Source: an uncultured Solirubrobacterales bacterium (lineage in GTDB: Bacteria > Actinomycetota > Thermoleophilia > Solirubrobacterales > Solirubrobacteraceae). Taken from it: a DNA stretch of 64,000 nt. Location: the NCBI GenBank assembly GCA_963796575.1, contig CAWCMG010000017.1:245234-309233 (forward strand). The letters are read 5' to 3'. Numbering within the stretch: position 1 is the first letter of the stretch; every line of letters begins with the position of its first letter. The notes beneath the pieces are model-generated. The model did not search any database, was not told where the DNA came from, and saw only the letters and a program-made list of their open reading frames with translations. Positions 1 through 8,805 of the stretch are shown in pieces. The translations under genes and the position numbers were made by a program.

Positions 1-1229
1 CCGGAGGCCAGACCCGAATCCTCGGGCGTGGCGCCCGACATCGCAAGCGTCATCAGCGCCGGGAACACCAGCCCTGCCCCCACGCCGAGCAGCAGCATCG
101 CCGGCAGCAGGTCGGTGACGTAGGCGGCGTTCGCGGGCGCGCCCCGGAACACGAGCAGGCCCGCGGCCACCAGCGCCAGACCGGCGATCAGCGTCGGCTT
201 GGCGCCGAACCGCATCATCAGCTGGGCTGCCAGCCGGAGCGACAGCGCCGCGATTCCGAGCGCCACCGGCAGGAACGCCAACCCGACCTCGATCGCGTCG
301 TAGCGCAGCACGCGCTGGAGGTACAGCGCGCCCAGGAAGAACACCCCGAACATGCCGGCGACCATCAGCACCTGCATCAGGTTCGCGACCGTGACCGTCC
401 GCGACCGGAACACGCGCAGCGGAATCAGCGGATTGGTGGCAGTCGCCTGGCGGACGACGAACCCCGCCAGCAGCGCCACCGCGACCCCGCCGAAGCCGAG
501 CGTGTGCGCGCTCCCCCAGCCGTAGTTGCCGGCCTCGACGATCGTGTAGACGGCGAGCATCAGGGAACCCACGAGCAGCACCGCGCCCGGTGCATCCGCG
601 CCCCTGTGCAGGCCGATGCCCACGTCGTTCGGGAGGAGTCGGGTGGCCAGGATCCCGGTCGCGATCCCGATCGGGAGATTGACGAAGAAAATCCAGTGCC
701 AGTTGATCGCCTGCGTCAGCACGCCGCCAGCGAGCAAACCGATCGCGCCGCCGGCGGCGGCCACGAAGCTGTAGACCCCGATCGCCCTGGCCTGCTCAGA
801 CGGCCTCGGGAACATCGTCACGATCATGCCCAGGATCACGGCGGACGTCATCGCGCCGCCCACGCCCTGGACGAACCGTGCGCCGATCAGCAAACCCTGG
901 CTGTCGGCGAGGCCGCAGACCAGGGACGCCGATGTGAACACGGTCAGGCCGGCGAGGAAGATCCGGCGACGCCCGATCAGATCGCCGAGCCGGCCGACGA
1001 GCAACAGCAACCCTCCGAACGCGATCAGGTACGCGTTCACGACCCACGCGAGCGCGGACTGTGAGAAGTGGAGGTCGGTCTGGATCGACGGCAGCGCCAC
1101 GTTCACGATCGTCTGGTCCAGGATGATCATCAGGAACCCCGCGCACAGGACCACGAGCGCGATCCAGCGGTTGCGGTCGGCGGCGGTGGGGGCCAACGGG
1201 GGGTGGGACGTCTGGTTCATCGGATTCAT
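1..1229 (-). CDS. MFS drug-efflux transporter, DHA2 (EmrB/QacA) family; the C-terminal part lies beyond the window start
   Basis: Minus-strand translation from ATG 1229 (purine-rich GGAGCAAGGAG just upstream) reads MNPMNQTSHPPLAPTAADRNRWIALVVLCAGFLMIILDQTIVNVALPSIQTDLHFSQSALAWVVNAYLIAFGGLLLLVGRLGDLIGRRRIFLAGL... It carries LDxTIVNVALP and GRLGDxxGRRR motifs and many hydrophobic spans. The frame stays open to position 1, so it is absent from the ORF track. Confidence 0.85.
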   Translation of the reverse strand, partial: MNPMNQTSHPPLAPTAADRNRWIALVVLCAGFLMIILDQTIVNVALPSIQTDLHFSQSALAWVVNAYLIAFGGLLLLVGRLGDLIGRRRIFLAGLTVFTSASLVCGLADSQGLLIGARFVQGVGGAMTSAVILGMIVTMFPRPSEQARAIGVYSFVAAAGGAIGLLAGGVLTQAINWHWIFFVNLPIGIATGILATRLLPNDVGIGLHRGADAPGAVLLVGSLMLAVYTIVEAGNYGWGSAHTLGFGGVAVALLAGFVVRQATATNPLIPLRVFRSRTVTVANLMQVLMVAGMFGVFFLGALYLQRVLRYDAIEVGLAFLPVALGIAALSLRLAAQLMMRFGAKPTLIAGLALVAAGLLVFRGAPANAAYVTDLLPAMLLLGVGAGLVFPALMTLAMSGATPEDSGLAS

Positions 1230-1272
1230 AGCTCCTTGCTCCTCAAGTCAGACCGATCGAGATAGAACCGTA

Positions 1273-1300
1273 GCAGATCATCTTGTAACAGACGATCTGC
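1273..1300. promoter_or_regulatory. Putative MarR operator box upstream of the MFS gene
   Basis: GCAGATCATCTTGTAACAGACGATCTGC contains the inverted repeat GCAGATC/GATCTGC and lies 44-71 nt upstream of the MFS ATG. It is 22/28 identical to the box at 1927-1954. Confidence 0.45.
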
Positions 1301-1418
1301 ACCGGACCGTTCTAGTATGGGCTGCGAGGCCGGCCCTCACATCGGCAGTTCGCGCCGGATCTACGGGCCTCAGGCCTTACCCCCGGGCCGCAGGGGCCTT
1401 AGCTGAACCGGACGCGTT

Positions 1419-1910
1419 TCAGGCGCGGCGGCGCACCGGATGCGCACACGCCACGGGCTCGGCCAGTCGGCCGCACGCGAGCGTGCCAAGGGCCTTCAGA
1501 AAGACCTGGCGCTGCTCCGGCTCCAGGACGCTCAGGACGTCGTCGCGGACCCGGTCGAGCACCGTGTCCGCCTCTCGGACCATCCGTTCACCCTCGTCGG
1601 TCACGACGATCACGCGCGCTCGCCGGTCGGTACTCGACGGACGCCGCTCGGCGAGGCCGGCGGCTTCGAGCTCGTCGACCGTCACGACCATCGTGGTCTT
1701 GTCGAGCCCCACCGTCCGGGCGATCTCGGTCTGGGTGAACTCACCGGTCATCGCCGTGGTCAGCACCGCATGGTCCCGCGGCGAAATCCCCAGGTCCTCG
1801 AGCGCCGCCGTGAACTCCGTCATCAGCCCGTGGCTCGCTCGCGACAGCAGCCAGCAGAGATCCGACGCCAGTGTGACTGGGGCTATCACGGCATCCGAGG
1901 CCATGATCAC
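1419..1910 (-). CDS. MarR family transcriptional regulator
   Basis: Track ORF of 163 aa. A winged-helix region (TQTEIARTVGLDKTTMVVTVDELEAAGLAERRPSSTDRRARVIVVTDEG) is typical of MarR. The gene is directly upstream of, and co-oriented with, the MFS exporter. The start could be GTG 1910 or ATG 1904. Confidence 0.9.
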   Translation of the reverse strand: MIMASDAVIAPVTLASDLCWLLSRASHGLMTEFTAALEDLGISPRDHAVLTTAMTGEFTQTEIARTVGLDKTTMVVTVDELEAAGLAERRPSSTDRRARVIVVTDEGERMVREADTVLDRVRDDVLSVLEPEQRQVFLKALGTLACGRLAEPVACAHPVRRRA

Positions 1911-1926
1911 AAGGATAGTCCGCCGC

Positions 1927-1954
1927 GCAGATTATCTGGCAGTAGACGATCTAC
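1927..1954. promoter_or_regulatory. Putative MarR operator box upstream of marR
   Basis: GCAGATTATCTGGCAGTAGACGATCTAC lies 17-44 nt upstream of the marR start and overlaps the era stop codon (1951-1953). It is the second copy of the 1273-1300 box. Confidence 0.45.
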
Positions 1955-2850
1955 TCGATACCCAGGCGGTCGAGCATCCGCTCGTCGGCCCGCCAATGCC
2001 GGCGCACGCGGACCTTCAGGTCGAGATGCACGCGGGCCCCGAGCTCTCGCTCGATCGTGCGTCGCGAGGCGATCCCGATCGACTTCACCATCTGGCCGCC
2101 GGCGCCGATCAGGATCCGCTTCTGGGACTCGGTCTCGGCGAGGATCACCGCCTCGATCCGGATCACCTCGCCGTGGTGGGTGATCGTCGGTTCGATCGAC
2201 TCGATCGCGACCTCGACCGAGTGGGGCACCTCCTCGCGGGTGCGCGCCAGCACCTGCTCGCGCACGAGCTCGGCGAGCTTCACCGTCTGGGATTGGTCCG
2301 AGCGCTGCTCGGGCTCGAAATAGAACGGCCCTTCCGGCAGCAGCGAGACCAGGCAGTCGACAAGCGGCCCAACGCCGGCCCCGGTAGCGGCCGACACCGG
2401 GAACACCTCGCCGGCGACGTCGAGATCGGCGGCGGCCTGCAGCGCGGACGCCGTACCTGAGCGATTCGTGCGATCGACCTTGTTGACCGCGATCACGACC
2501 GGGACCCGGGCCGCCTGCAACAGTCCCGCGATGAACCGATCCCCCGGGCCGACGCCCTCCTCGGCGTTGATCACGAACAGGCAGGCGTCCGCGTCTTCGA
2601 GCTCGTGCTCGACCCGGCGCTGCATCCGCTCGGTGAGCGCATCCCGCGGCCGCTGAACGCCGGGCAGGTCGACCAGCACGAGCTGCCAGCCGGGACCGTT
2701 GGCGACGCCTCTGATCGCGCGGCGCGTCGTTTGCGGCGTGTCGGAGACGATCGCCACCTTGGTGCCGACGACCGCGTTGGCGAGCGTCGACTTGCCCACG
2801 TTGGGACGGCCGGCCAGCGCGATGAAGCCAGAGCGCGTCGGCGCGGTCAA
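1951..2850 (-). CDS. era: GTPase Era
   Basis: 299 aa. G1 motif GRPNVGKSTL, DTPG-type G3 (VDLPG), NKVD G4, and a C-terminal KH domain. Conserved ybeY-era context. Confidence 0.95.
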   Translation of the reverse strand: MTAPTRSGFIALAGRPNVGKSTLANAVVGTKVAIVSDTPQTTRRAIRGVANGPGWQLVLVDLPGVQRPRDALTERMQRRVEHELEDADACLFVINAEEGVGPGDRFIAGLLQAARVPVVIAVNKVDRTNRSGTASALQAAADLDVAGEVFPVSAATGAGVGPLVDCLVSLLPEGPFYFEPEQRSDQSQTVKLAELVREQVLARTREEVPHSVEVAIESIEPTITHHGEVIRIEAVILAETESQKRILIGAGGQMVKSIGIASRRTIERELGARVHLDLKVRVRRHWRADERMLDRLGIE

Positions 2851-3266
2851 CGCGCCCAGCGCAGGAGCTCGGCCTGGAGCGCGAGCATCTCGCCGTCGTC
2901 GGTTTCGTGATCCATGCCGGTCAGGTGAAGCGCGCCGTGGACGACGGCCTCGCGCAGATCAACCGTGTGCTCGGGGCAGATCACGATGTCGCCGAGCTCG
3001 CGCGGGCCGGCGGTCGCGCCGCCCTCGTCAACGCCGAACGACAGGACGTCGGTCGGCTCGTCGATTTGCCGGTGCTCGCGGTTGAGCTCGCGGATCCGTT
3101 CGGAGTCGACGAACTCGATTGCGATGTGGCCGTCCTCGATACCGGAGGAGGAGATCGCGAGCGCGCACAACCCCTTCAGCTCGCTCGCCGTCGGGAAGCG
3201 GAGCTCGTCCGAGGCCGGAACGTCGACCGCGATCCCCTCGATTCCGATGACCTCTATCTCGAGCAC
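2847..3266 (-). CDS. ybeY: rRNA maturation endoribonuclease YbeY
   Basis: 139 aa with the zinc motif HGALHLTGMDH (HxxxHxxGxxH). It has a 4-nt overlap with era. Confidence 0.9.
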   Translation of the reverse strand: MLEIEVIGIEGIAVDVPASDELRFPTASELKGLCALAISSSGIEDGHIAIEFVDSERIRELNREHRQIDEPTDVLSFGVDEGGATAGPRELGDIVICPEHTVDLREAVVHGALHLTGMDHETDDGEMLALQAELLRWAR

Positions 3267-3281
3267 GTGCGGCCCACGCGC

Positions 3282-4262
<981 letters not shown>

Positions 4263-4273
4263 CCACGCCTCTG

Positions 4274-4705
4274 CTACGCACTCAGCACCTCGCGGACCCG
4301 GGCGGACGCGCGCTTGCCGTCGGCACGCCCCTCGGCCCTCGCCATTACGGCCTTCATCACCTGCCCCATGTCCTTGGGGTCGGTGGCGCCGGTCTCGGCG
4401 ATCGCCGCCCTCACGATCGCGTCGAGCTCGGCGTCGTCGAGCTCGGCGGGCATGTAGCCCTCGATGATCCTGGCCTCCGCCTCCTCGCCCTCGGCGAGCT
4501 GTTTCCGGCCGGCGTCACGGAACTGCTCGGCGGCCTCGAGGCGGCGCTTGCGCTCGCGCCGCAACACCGCCAGCTCGTCGGTCCCACCGTCCTTGGCGTT
4601 CTTCTGCAGCTCCGACAGCACCATCCGCAACGCGCCGACGCGTTCCTTGTCGCCGGCCTTCATTGCGCTGGTCATGTCGGATCGGACCTGATCGATGAAG
4701 CTCAC
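4274..4705 (-). CDS. GatB/YqeY domain protein
   Basis: 143 aa. The helical, Lys/Glu/Ala-rich sequence (MKAGDKERVGALRMVLSELQK...EGYMPAELDDAEL) matches the YqeY family. Confidence 0.8.
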   Translation of the reverse strand: MSFIDQVRSDMTSAMKAGDKERVGALRMVLSELQKNAKDGGTDELAVLRRERKRRLEAAEQFRDAGRKQLAEGEEAEARIIEGYMPAELDDAELDAIVRAAIAETGATDPKDMGQVMKAVMARAEGRADGKRASARVREVLSA

Positions 4706-4709
4706 ACCT

Positions 4710-6056
4710 TCAGGATAGCCCCGAGGTATCCCGCGACCGGCAACGTATCCCGTCTGCCTGGAGCTCCAAGCATGCGACCTCGATTATCTCACCCCGCCCG
4801 GCGGCGCCGCCGGGGAGATAGCAGCGGGTGTAATCGGCGGTGTAGCCCGAGCACTGAGTGTCGGCGACCTTGTCGATCAGAACCCGCTCGCGGCCGCCGA
4901 GCTTGGCGTTCCGGTGGTGGCGCGAGCGGACCTCCGAGCGGCCGCGCAGCTCGCGCGAGCGACGCTTCTTCTCCTCGGGCGGCACACGATCGCCCAGCCG
5001 CTCGGCGACCGTGCCTGGCCGGGGCGAATACGAGAACGTGTGGACCCGGGTGATGCCGGCGGCGTCGACGGCCTCCAGCGTCCGCTGGAAGGCGTTCTCG
5101 GTCTCGGTCGGGAAGCCGACGATCGCATCGGTCGTGAGGTTCACGTGCGGCACTGCCGCGCGCAGCGCCGCGATGCTCTCCAGGTATTCGCCGGCGGTGT
5201 AGTGACGGCCCATCGCCGCCAGCACCTCGTCGTCGCCGGACTGCATCGGGACGTGGAGGTGCGGACAGACCTTGGGCTCGGTCGCGAGCGCCTCGAGCAG
5301 CGAGTCCTTGACGTGGATCACCTCGACGCTCGAAAGCCGCACGCGCTCCACGCCGCGAACCCGCGCCACTTCGACCATAAGCTCGCCGAGCTCGAGCCCC
5401 CGTTCCGGGTCACGGTAGTCGCCGACGCTGATGCCGGTCATCACCATCTCCGGCTGTCCCTGGTCGACCCGCCGGCGAGCCTCCTCGAGCACCGCCGACG
5501 CCGGGCGGGAGCGCGCGCCGCCCCGAACCGTCGGGATGATGCAGTAGGCGCAGTGGCAGTCGCAGCCGTCCTGGATCTTGACGAAGCCACGGGTCCGGGC
5601 GTCGCGCTCCGCCGCCCGGCGGGCCTGCGGCTTGCGCGCCAGCACGTCGTGCTCGAGGTCGGCGCAACCGATAGGATTTTCCGGCGGTTGCCGCCTTAGG
5701 GGATTTTTCGGCGGTTGCCGCCTTAGACCGAGCGCGTGCGCCATCTCGCCGGCGACCGCCTCGGCTGGGCCGACGAAAGGCCTGACGCGGTCGTCGATCT
5801 CGGCGAACTGCCCTGCGTTGAGGTTGACCGCGCAGCCCGATACGAGCACCTCGCCCGCCGTCTTGAGCGAGCGCCGCACGGACTGGCGCGACTTGGCCTC
5901 GGCTTCGCTGGTGATGCAGCACGTGTTGATCACGTGCAGGTCCGCCTCATCCTCGCGGACCTCGGTGTGGCCCGCGGCGAGCAGCGCCCGACGGGCGATC
6001 ATCGCGTCAGCTTGCGAGACCTTGCAGCCGAGGAACTTGACGGCGAACGACGCCAC
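4710..6056 (-). CDS. mtaB: Radical-SAM methylthiotransferase, MiaB/MtaB family (tRNA t6A37 methylthiotransferase-like)
   Basis: 448 aa. N-terminal MTTase domain (FLGCKVSQ...NTCCIT), radical-SAM CxxxCxxC (CDCHCAYC), and a C-terminal TRAM-like domain. Its position downstream of hrcA-dnaJ-prmA matches yqeV/mtaB. It contains an in-frame 27-bp tandem duplication. Confidence 0.85.
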   Translation of the reverse strand: MASFAVKFLGCKVSQADAMIARRALLAAGHTEVREDEADLHVINTCCITSEAEAKSRQSVRRSLKTAGEVLVSGCAVNLNAGQFAEIDDRVRPFVGPAEAVAGEMAHALGLRRQPPKNPLRRQPPENPIGCADLEHDVLARKPQARRAAERDARTRGFVKIQDGCDCHCAYCIIPTVRGGARSRPASAVLEEARRRVDQGQPEMVMTGISVGDYRDPERGLELGELMVEVARVRGVERVRLSSVEVIHVKDSLLEALATEPKVCPHLHVPMQSGDDEVLAAMGRHYTAGEYLESIAALRAAVPHVNLTTDAIVGFPTETENAFQRTLEAVDAAGITRVHTFSYSPRPGTVAERLGDRVPPEEKKRRSRELRGRSEVRSRHHRNAKLGGRERVLIDKVADTQCSGYTADYTRCYLPGGAAGRGEIIEVACLELQADGIRCRSRDTSGLS

Positions 6057-6097
6057 GGTGGCCGCACGTTAGCGCGGCCACCGTGGACGCCTCACAT

Positions 6098-6295
6098 TCA
6101 GTTGAGTCGCACGCCCGCGGCCGGCGGATTTTCGTGCTCCTCGTGCGCGGCTTCATGCCACGGTGTCCTCGAGCCGGCGCGCGGAGCGAGGAGAAAGGAC
6201 TCATGCGCAGATCCGGCGCGAGGCTTTGGCCGCGGGACCACCACGTCTAGTAGCAGGCCACCGAGCGTCACGCCGATCGCGAGCGGGTTGGGCAA
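6098..6295 (-). CDS. Hypothetical small protein (65 aa) with a hydrophobic N-terminus and His/Glu-rich C-terminus
   Basis: A TTG start at 6295 lies 9 nt after a perfect SD AAAGGAGGTGA (6303-6313 reverse complement). GC3 is high in the first ~20 codons (MPNPLAIGVTLGGLLLDVVV) and weaker afterwards. I recognise no homology. Confidence 0.25.
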   Translation of the reverse strand: MPNPLAIGVTLGGLLLDVVVPRPKPRAGSAHESFLLAPRAGSRTPWHEAAHEEHENPPAAGVRLN

Positions 6296-6418
6296 CTGGG
6301 TTCACCTCCTTTTCAGCATCTGTCCCTGGATCAAAAGTCGAGCTCAAGGATGCGGCAGGAGGAACGCGGCGGCATCGGCCCGGTGGACAAGATCTGGCGC
6401 CGGCAGGTTGTCCACGCT

Positions 6419-6557
6419 GGCGGCGTCGCGCGCGGTGGCGGGACGGTGGCGGCGTCGCGCGCGGTGGCGGGACGGTGGCGGCGCCGCGCGCGGTGGCGGG
6501 GCGGTGGCGGCGCCGGGGCGGTGGCGGCGGCGGCGGTGGTGGCGGCGGCGGCGGGGG
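6419..6557. repeat. Non-coding tandem repeat: 29-bp unit x3 degenerating into a (GGC/GGT)n run
   Basis: GGCGGCGTCGCGCGCGGTGGCGGGACGGT occurs at 6419, 6448 and 6477 (third copy with 2 changes), followed by GGCGGCGCCGGGGCGGTGGCGGCGGCGGCGGTGGTGGCGGCGGCGGCGGGGG. The 29-nt period is not a multiple of 3. Confidence 0.85.
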
Positions 6558-6645
6558 ATGCGGTCGACGCGGCGGCTCTGTGCGTCGATTGCCGACGCGC
6601 ACCCTGTAAAACGCAGCAAGCCCCACCCCGCCGTCGCCAACCCGC

Positions 6646-6723
6646 CCACATAAGCATGGCCAGCCTGCTTATGTGGCGCAGATCCTCCGACAACGAAGGG
6701 CTTTGGCGCCTTATGCAGGCGCC
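6646..6723 (-). terminator. Two stem-loops downstream of prmA (candidate terminator or RNA element)
   Basis: CCACATAAGCA-N9-TGCTTATGTGG (6646-6676) has an 11-bp stem. GGCGCC-TTATGCA-GGCGCC (6705-6723) has a 6-bp stem. Both lie 93-170 nt after the prmA stop. There is no clear U tract. Confidence 0.3.
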
Positions 6724-6815
6724 GGCGAGCGGGCGTTGCCGGGGGGTGCAGGGTGAGCTTGCCCGCGGAAGCCGTCCTCCGGATGCGAACGCTTCTCAGC
6801 CGGCCAATTCCCGAC

Positions 6816-7649
6816 TCAGCGCGACCGGGTGAGCAGCAGCGCCGCCCACTCGCCCGACTCTCGGCGCGTAGCCTCGGCCAGCCCGAGCGCCGCGAACGCG
6901 TCGCTCACCTCGTCCGCCTCGCCGATCAGCAGCCCGCTGGCGATCACGGTCTGCGGCATCGCGTCCGCCGGCGCCGCCGCCACTCGCGACGCCCATACCA
7001 GCAACAGCGGCCGCAGCAGGTTCGCTGCCACCGTGCGCCCGGTCGCCACGGGATCGACGCGCAGGTCGTGCCGCCCCACCTCGATCCGCACGCCGTTCAC
7101 GCGCGCGTTGTCGACCGCCGCCTCGACGCTAGCCGGGTCGTAGTCGAGCGCCACCACTGGATCCCAACCGAGCCGGGCGGCCGCGATCGCGAGCACGCCC
7201 GACCCGCAGCCGAGGTCGAGGAGCCCGCCCGGAGCGCCCCCAGACCCGACCTCCAGCATCAGCTCGAGGCACAGCCGGGTGGTCGCATGCGCGCCGGTCC
7301 CGAACGCCTGCCCGGGATCGATCACGATCTCAACCGGAGCGCCGATCGCGTCCTCCCACGGCGGCCGCACCGCCAGCCGGCCATCGAGCACGAGCGGCTT
7401 GTGGAACTCGCGCCACCGCCGGTCCCAGTCGTCTGCGACCTCTTCGGTCCGGACCTCGACGAGCGCCCCGCCGACGGCCGCCGTCAGGTCGGGCAGCGCC
7501 GGCAACTCGCCCGGCGCGCCATACACCGCATATTCGACGACCCCGGAACCGATCGACACCTCCTCGACCCCGCTCGGCGCGAGCTCGAGCAGCTCGGCGA
7601 GGACCATCTCGGACTCCTCGCTCCTGACGCGAACCGCAAGCCGCAGCAT
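6816..7649 (-). CDS. prmA: Ribosomal protein L11 methyltransferase
   Basis: 277 aa. SAM-binding motif LDLGCGSGVLAIAAARLG. Position immediately after dnaJ. Confidence 0.9.
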   Translation of the reverse strand: MLRLAVRVRSEESEMVLAELLELAPSGVEEVSIGSGVVEYAVYGAPGELPALPDLTAAVGGALVEVRTEEVADDWDRRWREFHKPLVLDGRLAVRPPWEDAIGAPVEIVIDPGQAFGTGAHATTRLCLELMLEVGSGGAPGGLLDLGCGSGVLAIAAARLGWDPVVALDYDPASVEAAVDNARVNGVRIEVGRHDLRVDPVATGRTVAANLLRPLLLVWASRVAAAPADAMPQTVIASGLLIGEADEVSDAFAALGLAEATRRESGEWAALLLTRSR

Positions 7650-7659
7650 CTCGCGCCGG

Positions 7660-8805
7660 CTACCCGCCGAACGCGCGCTTGAGCTTCCCGAACAGCCCCT
7701 CGTCGCTGCGGAGGTTGTGATCGGTCATCGAGTCGGCCAGCTGCTGCGCCAGCTCGCGCTGCTCCTTGCTCAGGTGGCGCGGGACGACGACGTTGACGAG
7801 CACTCGCAGGTTGCCGTTGTGCCGCCCGCGCAGCGACGGCATGCCGGCGCCACGGACGATCAGCGTCTCGTGCGGCTGCGTTCCGGCCGGGATCTCGACG
7901 TCGACCGTCCCGCGGTCGATGGTTTCGACCTGCACGGTCGTGCCCAGGGCCGCCTGCGGAGCGGCGACGTCGACCGCGGTCACGAGATCGTCGCCGTCGC
8001 GGACGAACCGCGGATCGTCGCGGACGCGGATCAGCACGTACAGGTCGCCGGGCGGTCCGCCGCGCTCGCCGGCGTGGCCGCGACCGGCGATCCGGATCCG
8101 CTGCCCATCCGCGATGCCCGCGGGGACGTCGACCTTGACCTTCGGCCGCTCGACCTTGCGGCCCCTGCCCCTACAGACCTTGCACGGATCGCGGGCAACC
8201 TTCCCGTCGCCGTGGCATACGTCGCACGCGGTGGTGCGCACCATCTGGCCGAACGGCGTGCGCGACACGGCCTGCAGCTGGCCGGTGCCCTGGCACCGCG
8301 GGCAGGTCTCGATCGGCGTGCCCGGCTCGGCACCGTTGCCGTGGCAGTGGTCACATAGGGCGACAGCCTCGTAGCTGACCTCGACCTTGGCGCCGCGGGC
8401 CGCCTCGACGAACTCGATCTCGGCCGAGACCGCGACGTCGCCGCCCTGGACGGGGCCGGTGGCGCGGCCACCGCTCATGCCGAACAGGTCGCCGAACGCG
8501 CCGCCGCCACCGAAGAACGCCTCGAAGATGTCCGACACCGAGCTGAACGCATCGAAGTTCGGCGCGTATCCGCCACTGCGCAACCCCTCGCGGCCGTAGC
8601 GGTCGTAGGTGGCCCGGCGTTCGGAGTCCGACAGGACCTCGTACGCCTCGGCGGCCTCCTTGAACTTCTCCTCGGCGTCGGGGTCGTGCCGGTTGACGTC
8701 GGGGTGGAGCTCGCGCGCCAGCCGCCGGAATGCCTTCTTGATCGTCGCGTCGTCGGCGTCGCGCGTGACGCCGAGCACCTCGTAGTAGTCCCGTGTGCTG
8801 CTCAT
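7660..8805 (-). CDS. dnaJ: Molecular chaperone DnaJ
   Basis: 381 aa. J domain (DYYEVLGV...HPD), G/F region, and four CxxCxGxG repeats (CDHCHGNG, CPRCQGTG, CDVCHGDG, CKVCRGRG). Confidence 0.96.
   Translation of the reverse strand: MSSTRDYYEVLGVTRDADDATIKKAFRRLARELHPDVNRHDPDAEEKFKEAAEAYEVLSDSERRATYDRYGREGLRSGGYAPNFDAFSSVSDIFEAFFGGGGAFGDLFGMSGGRATGPVQGGDVAVSAEIEFVEAARGAKVEVSYEAVALCDHCHGNGAEPGTPIETCPRCQGTGQLQAVSRTPFGQMVRTTACDVCHGDGKVARDPCKVCRGRGRKVERPKVKVDVPAGIADGQRIRIAGRGHAGERGGPPGDLYVLIRVRDDPRFVRDGDDLVTAVDVAAPQAALGTTVQVETIDRGTVDVEIPAGTQPHETLIVRGAGMPSLRGRHNGNLRVLVNVVVPRHLSKEQRELAQQLADSMTDHNLRSDEGLFGKLKRAFGG

Noticed and set aside
826-2460. A 544-aa plus-strand ORF spanning the MFS, marR and era region.
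   Set aside because: It overlaps three well-supported minus-strand genes. The product is Ser/Arg/Pro/Thr-rich junk.
6419-6557. A 29-bp direct repeat, considered as a possible CRISPR array.
   Set aside because: The units are directly adjacent with no spacers, there are only three units, and there are no cas genes in the window.
6201-6626. Proline-rich ORFs (PPPPPPPPPPPPPP...), plus Gly-rich plus-strand ORFs, across the 6.4-kb repeat.
   Set aside because: The underlying tandem repeat has a 29-nt period, so each unit is read in a different frame. The poly-Pro and poly-Gly stretches come from the (GGC)n run. No frame has a coding-like composition.
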